This document shows positions 52,387-64,000 of a stretch of DNA of 64,000 bases, piece by piece. Under the pieces are notes generated by a model. That model was not told the origin of the DNA and searched no databases. It saw only the letters and a program-made list of their open reading frames with translations. Origin of the DNA: Eledone cirrhosa (Eukaryota). Position numbers and translations under genes: made by a program. How positions within the stretch are numbered: the first letter of the stretch is position 1; every line of letters begins with the position of its first letter. The stretch lies in the NCBI GenBank assembly GCA_964016885.1, contig OZ024741.1, positions 35,402,001-35,466,000 on the forward strand. Direction: 5' to 3'.

Positions 52387-54319
52387 TACCGTCATTACTG
52401 ATACAAGATTATGTCAACATACATACATGGTGGCTGCCAACTCGTTTTCGAGTACGGCTACTACTTTATATCCATGTAGGAGAACCCCTACCGATGCGCT
52501 GAACGAGTGCGACTTTTTAGTCCAGCCAGCAACTTGAAAACTCTGGTACAAACACTACACTTGTGACAATTATTGACACATAGTGTTGGGCCCATGGTAC
52601 CATGTGACGACAAGTTCAAAGAGATCTCCAGATATAAAGCAATGCCTGTGCCGTGAAGCTTTTATAGTAAGCAAAGGCACTGCACAAAGCCAGTCCGACT
52701 CTCTTTACCAAAAAGAAGAACAAGTCAATATCATTGGATACCATCAGAGTTGCAGGTGTTATATCAGAGTTTTCCTTCTCCCAGAATTCTGCCTTAATAA
52801 AGGCTAAGGGGTCATCTCTCCCGGTGATTTTGGATGGCCATTGACTCTTAAGAGCGCCTTTGCCCTTTGACAGGTTTTATTTTTAGTCCTGCAGGATGTC
52901 CAAAGTCACCCACCTCACCAAGAAACTTTAATATGGTCATCGGAAATCTCTGCGCACAATAAAACAGTGGCTCACAATGTGTTTGTTGTGCCTGTCCTAA
53001 CACCAACGTTTGAAATACTCGATTGGACGATTGATGAAATCCGAGCAATTGATGTTAAAATCCGAAAAATCCTAAACAACACCGGAAACTTCCACATCAA
53101 CTGTGGCATGGACGCCTCTACTTGAAACGTTAGCAGAGAGGCGGAGGCCTAACTTCAGTCCAGACAGTATTTGAGCGTCGCATCATTTCCCTCCGACAAC
53201 ATTTACGAACCTTCAAGCGTAGGAGCCCATCCATTGATCAAGATTGTCTACATGAGACAGATAAGATTATGAGAGTTCGGAAGGAACTCCTTGAAAAATG
53301 TTCCCTGCATGATAATCAAAACCTGACACTCAGGGAAATTGCCCAGCAATATCGCAGTGAATCCATGAATGAAAAACTGCATGCTTATCAGCAAAAAATC
53401 ATGCATGAGTATATTGCCAGGAGGCTCCAGAGTGAGAATAATATAAATAAGCAAAGTAGTCTATCTTGGACCAACAACCGTTATATTGGCTCTCGATTTG
53501 CTTTAGCAATCCAATTACAGGAAATCATTACAAAATACCTGATTCACAAATGAGATAGAGATTCACAAAAGGGAATGGCAAAGCACCTAGATGTGACAAC
53601 AAATGCAGACTCTGCAGAATTAACATCGAAGATGCCACCCATGTCATAAGCAGCTGTCCAAATATGTCATCACGGTACTATCTATCTGTGAGACATGATG
53701 TAGTGGCCAAAACACTATATAATGTAATCCATAGAAAAGATATCCCCGACAATAAACATATTGAAAGCTACAGCAATGTGAAGACATACATATACATAAT
53801 ATGAAAGAGTACTGGTGGAATGTTCTAGTCAAATCGCCAATAAAATGCAAGCAAATCAGACCAGATATAATGATATGGGACAGGGAAAGGCATGCACAAT
53901 AGTGGAGGTTAGCTGCCCTACAGATGCAAATATACTATCAAAGGTTAACGAAAAGGAGAATATCTGTGCAGAACTAATGAGAAATCTACAGATATTTCAC
54001 TCTGACTATACCTTCAGATTTATACCTGTAATTATTGGGTCACTGGGATATGTTAGTAACTGCCTCAGTACAAATCTTGAGAAGCTGGGCTTCACAGAAA
54101 CAGAAAGAACACAACTAGTTAGGAAATTACAAGTACAATCCATTAATGGAACAGTAACAATATGTAAAGCATTCCAAAAATTCTGCATATAATAACTGCA
54201 TGTACACTTGTACAGATACAAAGCATATACACATGTACACATACAACTCAAAACATCCATATCCACAAATACAATAACATCCATACCTCCACACACACGC
54301 ACGCATGAAGATATGCAGA

Positions 54320-54379
<60 letters not shown>

Positions 54380-55204
54380 TCTCTCTCTCTCCCTCTCTCT
54401 CTCTCACTCTCTCTCTCACTCTCTGTCTATTGGTACAAAAATTTATGAAATTATAGAACCTGAAGAACATACATACATACATACATACATACATACATAC
54501 ATACATACATACATACATACATACATACATACATACATACATACATACATGGTGGCTGCCTACTCGTTTTTGAGTACGGTCACTACTTTATATCCATGTA
54601 GGAGAGCTCCTACCGATGGGCTGAACGAGTGTGACTTTTTAGTCCAGCCAGCGTCTTGAAAACTCTGGTACAAACACTACACTTGTGACAATTATTGACA
54701 TATAGTGCTGGGCCCATGGTACCATGTGACGACAAGTGCAGAGAGATCTCCAGATATAAAGCAATGCTTGTGCCGTGAAGCTTTTATAGTGAGCAAAGGC
54801 ACTGCACAAAGCCAGTCCCACTCTCTTAACTAAGATGATATTTACCAAAAAGAAGAACAAGTCAACATCATTGGATACCATCAGGGTTGCAGGTGTTATA
54901 TCAGAGTTTTCCTTCTCCTAGAATTCTGCCTTGACAAAGGCTAAGGGGTCATCTCTCTCGGTGATTTTGGATGGCCATTGACTCTTAAGAGCTCCTTTGC
55001 CCTTTGACACGTTTTGTTTTTAGTCCTGCACGATGTCCAAAGTCACCCTCCTCACCAAGAAACCTTGGTGGGGTTGCCAGTTTAGTCGCCAACGACCCGA
55101 CCATGAGACAGGTTGTACTGGGATACATACATACATACATACATACATACATACATACATACATACATACATACATACATACATACATACATACATACAT
55201 ACAT

Positions 55205-55662
55205 AACCTGGAAATAAAAACTGCCACCAAATTAAAGCACAACCGGCCTGATATTGTTGTTTGGGACCACACATTGAAAACGTGTTCTGTTGTGCAGATT
55301 AGCTGCCCACTTGATGTAAACGTTGTCAGAAAAATACAGGAGAAGGAGGACATCTACGGACCATTGATGAGGAGTTTACAAATCCAGTATCCAAGATACG
55401 CCTTTAGCTTCATACCCATCATTATTGGAGCTACGGGTTTTACACCAACCCACTTCGACCAATGTATAACTGAACTCGGATTTGCGGGCAAAGAGCGCAG
55501 CTCCCTAAATCATAGTCTACAAATGGCTGCGATAGCTGGCACCTTCAAAATTTGCAAAACATTCTTGCGATTCAAGGGATGACAATTTCTTTTCTTTTAC
55601 AACCTTGCCACCAGGAAGGTGGCCGGTCAAAATTATATTCGAAATTAAGAGAAAGAGAGAAC
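55205..55662 (+). mobile_element. 3' fragment of a second RLE (R4-like) family in (TACA)n; shorter copy at 59148-59306
   Basis: HNRPDIVVWD..VVQISCPLD..KEDIY..FIPIIIGATG; distinct 3' UTR. Confidence 0.85.
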
Positions 55663-56391
55663 ACATACATACATACATACATACATACATACATACATAC
55701 ATACATACATACATACTATGAAAGAGAAGAGTACAGGTGGAATGTTCCTGTCAACATCCAAGTAAAATGTACATAACAAACCAGACATAACGATATGGGA
55801 CAGAGAAAAGAAGGCATACACAGTAACGGAAATCCACTACCCAGCAAATGATAATACAATGTTACGGATTAGATAAAATGAGAACATCCATGCTGAACTA
55901 ATGAGGGATCTGCAGATACACTGAACTGACTATAACTTTAGATTTGTTCCTGTGATCATTAGGGCATTTGAATATATTACTAACTGCCTCAGCGCATATC
56001 TTGAGAAGCTGGTTTTCACAGACGCAGAAGATTCACGGCTAATTAGAAAATTACAATCATGATCCATTAATGGAACTGTAAATATTTGTCAAACATTCCA
56101 GAAAGCATGTAATAACTTCACATACACATTTATAGATATAAAAACACTTGTATATTACTCTGATACTCTGATACGTGTTGCAGCCGACAGGCTGAGGTCA
56201 TACTGAGGAACCGCCATTGCGCATATAACTCGAACAATCCACACATGAAATGACATCCACATTTGCACACATATACATATAGACACATATATATAGACAC
56301 ATATACATATAGTCACATATACATATAGTCACATATACATATAGACACATATATATATAGACACATATATATATAGACACATATATATATA

Positions 56392-56473
<82 letters not shown>

Positions 56474-56615
56474 TATATATATATAGACACATATACATAT
56501 AGTCACATATACATATAGATACAAATACATATAGACACATACATATAGACACATGCAAACAGACATATATAACTATCTAGTTGATGTTGTTTAAATTCCA
56601 GTGAAAGAGCCTAGT

Positions 56616-56674
<59 letters not shown>

Positions 56675-56679
56675 ATAGT

Positions 56680-58035
56680 AATAATAATAAATTTGAAGAC
56701 TAAAATCCAAAGAGGGCTCGATAAGGATGAATATATATCAAATATATAAGAACCGTAGAGCAAATATTTATTAAAATAACAGATTAAAGTTTAAGCAAAG
56801 ACAACCACACCCAATATAAGTTACACTGGGAGATCCTAGCTAGGCCTAGATCGTATAACGGAAATAAAAGACCATGTGACCTCTGCGCCGCTGAGGCCCT
56901 GGAAATACTCTACGCCACAGACCACATCTTAAACAAAAAATCTGAGGCAATTTCGGCTTGTAAACATAAATTGCACAAAACTTTCCTGTATTACAGCCCC
57001 ACATTATACCCTAACGGATAGTACGATCTATACGTGGATATTTTACGTCTTGATGTGGTAGCTAAGTATATGTTATGTTTATACCATTACTTATTTGCAT
57101 AGGTAAGTATATATTACCCGTATGTTTTGTGAAGGTACGCATACTTTCTCGTACGTATATTTGATTGTATATGTTATGGCGGATAATTTTATATATTCTG
57201 GTACATATGGTTTGGTTATGTGTATACGGGAGTTTTGCGTCTGTGTGAGTATGCAGGTTCCTACATATATAGGGTGTGTGTATATGTGTACTTCATGTTT
57301 TGGTTGACGTACGTCTCCGAACATTTGTGTATTTACATGTAGGTATGTGTGTGCGCTTGTTATATAGGTATTTATTTATTTATATACGTTTATTTAATTA
57401 CTTATTTATTTGTATACACGCACACGCACACATACACACACATATGTATATATGCGTGGTTTTGTATATCTATGGCGAGTGTTTTCGCGCATGCTTGTGT
57501 ATGTACGTATTTGGATGCGTGTATGTATTTATTTAATTTCAATTACCTCTGTATTGTATTTTATTTACTTTATTCTTAACTCTGAAGCGGAGAATCATTC
57601 GGTTTCCTAGTTAGAATTTTAGTCTACGACTTCAGCTATACCATTTACGTGGTTTTGTCTTTGCGTGCAATTGTTCTCCACGCTCCACATATGACGTATT
57701 ATCTTCGTTTTTTCCGTTCATTGCCAGAGAACGTCTCTATGAACCACCTAAGAGAACGTTAGTCTACGACTTCTTTTATACCATAAACGTGGTTCTGTCT
57801 TTGCGTGTAATTGTTTTTCACCGCTCCAAATAATGACGTATTATATTCGTTTTTTCCCGTTCTTTGCCAGGGAACCTTTCCACGAACCAAAGTATCGTCT
57901 TCCTGTCTTCCTCCGGTTGCAACGTTTTTTGAAATATCCACTTCTGCGTTTACAGATTGACTTTGTTAGTTTCAGAAGATCCCGTTAAGGGTGAAAGCAG
58001 CGTTTCTTTGCTTAAACTTTAATCTGTTATTTTTA
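56680..58035 (+). mobile_element. Further copy of the Naiad-type PLE: inverted terminal piece + GIY-YIG tail + pLTR
   Basis: 56800-58035 matches 4070-5292; 56690-56800 is the inverted pLTR end; (TA)n on both sides. Confidence 0.92.
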
Positions 58036-58038
58036 TAA

Positions 58039-58092
<54 letters not shown>

Positions 58093-58152
58093 AAATGAAA
58101 GGTATAGAAAACACTGCAGCGAAAAGCCAACAGCATTCCATAATATATATAT

Positions 58153-58183
<31 letters not shown>

Positions 58184-61100
58184 ACGTTGGGGCTAGACGT
58201 CCATCGATTCCGATGATGAGAGATCGAGTTGTTCAAACAACGGAAAAGCTTTCTCCTGAAATGGAAGTGGCTGAGCATTCCATAGACATGTACATAGTTA
58301 AAGAAATTCTCAGGGAGATTCAGCGTATCATGGAGAGCGACAAGATTACAAATACGATTCATTTTTGCCAGCTGAGTTGGCTGGAGAAACGTAAAATAAG
58401 GTATCTTGCTCAAGGTCACAACGCGTCGCAAGAAATTGAACTCATGACCTTACGTATGCGAGCCGAATACCCTGGCCATAAAGCCACGTGTCTTCACAAT
58501 AGATACGTAAATACATACACACATGATGACTGCCCCCTCGCTATCGGGTATGGCCATTGCACGATATACCATTATTAATAATTATCAGTTAAGGCTATCG
58601 TGCAATGCCGATGCGTGAAGATTTTTTTTAAGTTGAGGAAAGATTGTGCACTGAGCCAATCCCACTCTCTGAGCGACAGTAGCTATAACATGAGAAGAAG
58701 AAAAGATCAACATCATCAGTAACTACTGAGCCGCAGGTTTCATGTCGGAGTTATCCCAGTTTCCTGAGTTGCCTTCTCCTAGAAGAATGTCCTGACAACC
58801 GGCAACCCCACTTAGTTTACTTGGTGAGGAGGGTGATTTTGGACACCCTACAGGACAAAAAACAAAACCTGACAAAGGGTGGAAGAACTCATAAGAGTCA
58901 ACGGCCATCCAAAAATGTGTAAATATATATATACACATGTACATATGTATGTATATGGGTATATGCATGTGTGCATGTGTATGAATATGCGGGAGGACAG
59001 AAATAGTGATGCTGGATACTCGACCGTGCGGTGAAACCACTGGGTGTGAAGGACATACACACATACATACATACATACATACATACATACATACATACAT
59101 ACATACATACATACATACATACATACATACATACATACATACATGCATAATTCATAGTCTACAAATGGCTGCGACAGCTGGCACCTTCAAAATTTGCAAA
59201 ACATTCTTGTGATTCAAGGGATGACAATTTCTTTTCTTTTACAACCTTGCCACCAGGAAGGTGGCCGGTCAAAAAAATATACTCGAAATTAAGAGAAAGA
59301 GATAACATACATACATACATACATACATACATACATACATACATACATACATACATACATACATACATACATACATACATACATGGTGGCTGCCAACACG
59401 TTTTCGAGTACGGCCACTACTTTATATCGATGTAGGAGAACCCCTACCGATGCGCTAAACAAGTGTGACTTTTTAGTCCAGCCAGCGACTTGAAAACTCT
59501 GGTACAAACACTACACTTGTGACAATTATTGACACATAGTGCTGGGCCCACGGCACCATGTGACGACAAGTGCAGAGAGATCTCCAGATATAAAGCAATG
59601 CCTGTGCCGTGAAGGTTTTATAGTGAGCAAAGGCACTGCACAAAGCCAGTCCAACTCTCTTAACCAAGATGATATTTACCAAAAAGAAGAACAAGTCAAC
59701 ATCATTGGATACCATCAGAGTTGCAGATGTTATTACAGAGTTTTCCTTCTCCTAGAATTCTGCCTTGACAAAGGCTAAGGGGTCATCTCTCCCGGTGATT
59801 TTGGATGGCCATTGACTCTTAAGAGCTCCTTTGCCCTTTGACGGGTTTTGTTTTTAGTCCTGCAGGATGTTCAAAGTCACCATCCTCACCAAGAAACCTT
59901 GGTGGGGTTGCCAGTTTAGTCGCCAACGACCCGACCATACATACATACATACATACATACATACATACATACATACATACATACATACATACATACATAC
60001 ATACATACATACATACATAACGCTTTTGCAATTCAAGAACAGGAAATCAACACGCAATACCTGATTCACAAAAGAGATAGGGATGCAGGCAAAACATCTA
60101 GATGTGATAACAAGTGCAGATTCTGCAGAACTAACATCGAAGATATCACCCATGTCATCAGCAGCTGTCCAAAGATGTCATCGCGGTACTATCTACCTAT
60201 GAGGCATGATATAGTGGCCAAAACACTGTACAATGAAATCCGTAAGAAAGATAGCCCCGATAATAAACACATTAAAAGCTACAGCAATCTGGAAGACACA
60301 CATATACATAATATGAAAGAGTACTGGTGGAATGTTCCAGTAAAACCCCCATTAAAATGCGGGCATAACAGACCAGATATTACGATATGGGACAGGGAAA
60401 AGAAGGCATGTACAGTAGTGGAAGTTAGCGGCCCAGAAGATGCCAATATAATATCAAAGATTAGCGAAAAGCAGAATATTTATGCAGAACTAATGAGAAA
60501 TCTGCAGATACTCCACTCTGACAATACTTTCAGATTTATGCCTGTGATTATTGGGGCACTGGGATATGGTAGTAACTGCCTCAATATAAATCTTGAGAAG
60601 CTAGGCTTCACAGGAACAGAAAGAACACAACTAGTTAGGAAATTACAAGTACAATCCATTAATGGAACAGTAAAAATATGTAAAACATTCCAAAAATGTT
60701 GCATCTAATAACTGCATATACACATGTACAGATACAAAGCGTATGCACATGCACACATACAACTCAAAACATCCACATCCACACATACAATAAGATCCAT
60801 ACCTCCACATGCATGCGGACATGCAGACATATCTACCTAGTTGATGTTGTGTAAATTCCAATGAGAGAGTCTTGTAACTATGTTAGAAATCGACTCTCTC
60901 TCTCTCTGTTGGCAAACATTTGTGAAATTATAAAACTAGAAGAACATACATACATACAATCATACATACATGATGGCTGCCCCCTCGTTATCGAGTATGG
61001 CCATTGCACGATATACCATTATCAATAACTATTAATTAATTCTATCGTGCAATGCCTGTGCGTGAAGATATTTTTTAAAGTGAGGAAAGACTGTGCACTG

Positions 61101-61499
61101 AGCCAATCCCACTCTCTGAGCGACAGTAGCTATAACCCGAAAAGAAGAAAAGATCAACATATCAACATCATCGGAAACTACTGAGCCGCAGGTTTTATAT
61201 CGAAATTATCCAAGTTTCCTGAGTTACCTTCTCCTAGAAGAATGCCCTGACATAGGCTAGGGGTCGTTCACTCCCAGTGGTTTAACCGGGCAATACATGT
61301 GTATATACATATTTAGACACTTTCGGATGGCCGTTGACTCTTATGAGTTCTTCCGCCCTTTGTCAGGTTTTGTTTTTGTCCTGCAGGGTGTCCAAAATCA
61401 CTTGGTGGGGTTGATTTAACGAACTTTGCCCGTCCCCAAAATGTGCTGTCCGTGTGCCCAAATTAGAGATCAATCTATGGAAATACGCAGACGACAATA

Positions 61500-61900
61500 T
61501 GAGCGTTCTCAAGTAGGTCAATCTCTCTGACGTTGCCAACTAATTTATCATCCTTACTTCCAACATCTCAAAGGTGATAAAAACAAAGGTAATAAATAGT
61601 CATTTAAATCGTCACCTTCACTTCCTTCTGTCTATACATTAATGACCTACTTGCTGTTAGTTCTAACCACACATACATACACACACTCACAGCAGCATAC
61701 ACACATATTTACAGATACACACATACACACACATACATAACTACATACACAGACGATATCACCATTCACTCCGCCTTACCTTTCCACATGCCCATGTAAT
61801 CCAGACGCAACCTAAATACCAGATATTCACTTCATCCATGAACAGAAATCTCGAAAGCCGCCTTTAACAGCACAATAACAGCAATGTCCCCACCCACTCC
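61500..61900 (+). mobile_element. Very old LINE RT remnant (CR1/L2/Jockey-like)
   Basis: SP...YINDLL..SNH and TDDITIH, separated by a (CA/TACA) expansion. Confidence 0.45.
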
Positions 61901-62350
61901 TACACAGGAGTGAACACCGCCAGTAGGAATGACTATTTCAACGTGTGTCCCTCGCTACTCTCCGGGATAATCTTTTCTCTATTCTGTCTACTGAAACAAT
62001 GAGTCGTCAAACACCTAGGGTTCTGCACGTTGGAGAGTGTTCTCCCACATTGCCAGAGGCAGTGGAAACATTCCTGAATTGAGTGAAGGGGGGGGGGGGG
62101 GGTCAAATTTGGCCAATTTAGTTGTAGTGATTAGTTTAGCTCTTTGCACTCTAAAATGGTCAGAAAAGTTCGATATAAACAAACATAACATGTATATAAA
62201 TTGTAGCACATCTCTAGATGTGGGTTTTGATAATTTGGAGAGAAAATATAATTAAATAAAATTATGCTCTGTGCCCTTTCCTAAGGGGTTAATATATCGA
62301 GCTTCTTCGCATTTGGTAAGAAACTGGTATTATACCCAATTTATTCATCT

Positions 62351-62409
<59 letters not shown>

Positions 62410-62592
62410 ATAATAATAATTGTTTCTACTTTTGGCACAAGGCCAGCAATTACCCAGTACATTACTGGTACTTTATTTTATCGACCTCTGTATGGATGAA
62501 AGGCAAAGTTAACCTCAGCGGGATTTGAACTCAGATCGTAAAGGGACATAACTATGCTGGAAAGCATGTCCGACCCTCTACCGATACTGCCA

Positions 62593-62678
<86 letters not shown>

Positions 62679-62799
62679 GTTGACGGGACTAGCATGAGTT
62701 TCATTGCTAGTACCGGTTGCATCTCAGCGTACTCAATATGTAATAAAAATTCTAGAGTAGACACATAGTTGTAGTATATACTAGCAGAATAGCCCGGCA

Positions 62800-63015
62800 A
62801 AGCTGCTTTCACCCTTAACGGGATCTTCTGAAACTAAAAAAATCAATCTGTGAACGCAGAAGTAAATATTTTGAAAAACGTTGCAACCGAAGAAAAACAA
62901 GAAGATGATACTTTGGTTCGTGAAGACGTTCCCTGGCAATGAACGGAAAATAGCGAAGATAATACGTCAGCAATGAGAACAATATTTGTCATAATATCGT
63001 AATGCTGACAGCCAG

Positions 63016-63105
<90 letters not shown>

Positions 63106-63570
63106 ATAATAAATGTGAAGACTAAAATCCGAAGAGGGCTCGATAAGGATTATATATATATAAAAATCCCGTAGAGCAAATATTTTAAGAACAGATTAAA
63201 ATTTAAGCAAAGAATCGCTGCTTTCACCCTTAACGGGATCTTCTGAAACTAAAAAAGAAATCTCTGGACGCAGAAGTAAATATTTTCAAAAAACGTTACA
63301 ACCGAAGGAAAACAGGAAGACGATACTTTGGTTCATGAAGACGTTCTCTGGCAATGAACGGAAATAAACGAGGATAATTACGTTGTTATGTGGAGCGAGA
63401 AGAACAATTTCTTGCAAAGACAAAAACACATTTATCGTCTTCCTGTTTTCCTTCGGTTGTAACGTTTTTTGAAAATATTTATTTCTGCGTCTACAGATTG
63501 ATTTTTTTTTTAGTTTCCCGTTAAGAGTGAAAGCAGCGATTGTTAGCTTAAACTGTAATCTGTTCTTATA
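62800..63570. mobile_element. Diverged Naiad pLTR fragments, including a fold-back (63110-63420 minus / 63430-63570 plus)
   Basis: Similar to 7985-8370 and 8745-8940. Confidence 0.8.
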
Positions 63571-63670
63571 ATATAGGTTAACTTTGCCTTTCATCCTTAC
63601 GGGGTCGATAAAATAAAGTACCAGTAATGTACTGGGTAATTGCTGGCCTTGTGCTAAAAGTAGAAACAAT

Positions 63671-63702
<32 letters not shown>

Positions 63703-63746
63703 GAACGGATTAGAGCAAACATCACGAGCGCTCTATCTCAAAATTA

Positions 63747-63782
63747 TTTTTGAAAAGCATTAGAAATGCGAAACCGGTAAAA
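63747..63782 (+). ncRNA. Minimal hammerhead, U3-A8 core variant
   Basis: TTT-TTGAAAA-gcatt(aga)aatgc-GAAA-ccgg-TA-AAA. Confidence 0.65.
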
Positions 63783-63892
63783 ACTTAAAACTAAAACTGA
63801 ATACTAACCAATATTTATTACTAATTTATACTCATTCCTAATTAAAGTATTTTTCACTGGGAAAAATTTGACAGCATTTTCTTTTCCTTTTA

Positions 63893-63943
<51 letters not shown>

Positions 63944-64000
63944 AAGTATATATCCCTACACGCAAAAAGCGTCTAGGGACACATGTATTGTCCAACCATA

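Overview
AT-rich, microsatellite-saturated eukaryotic DNA. The SINE/LINE repertoire and (TA)n/(TACA)n density suggest an octopus or other coleoid cephalopod; this is inference, not shown. Nearly all long ORFs are retrotransposon remnants or simple-repeat artefacts. Elements present: a near-full-length R4/Dong-like RLE LINE (24.6-28.7 kb) with many 5'-truncated copies in (TACA)n; a near-full-length L1/Tx1-like LINE (42.3-47.9 kb); an RTE LINE with three C-terminal C2H2-type fingers (48.2-51.7 kb); Penelope-like elements (PLEs) of Naiad and Neptune type; Gypsy, hAT and mariner relics; several SINE families. Two things are missed by the ORF track. (1) A clean spliced host exon at 1808-1960 encodes a six-cysteine beta-defensin-like peptide (C-x6-C-x7-C-x8-C-x7-CC). 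(2) About ten unrelated type-I hammerhead ribozyme (HHR) motifs, found by eye, lie in PLE pseudo-LTRs (pLTRs) and in small fold-back insertions in (TA)n. Many have non-canonical cores: U3-A8 compensatory, U4A fixed across a family, U4C, A6G, and U.U or C.C at 10.1/11.1. Element boundaries are approximate (tens of bp) unless a junction is quoted. All folds and translations were done by hand.
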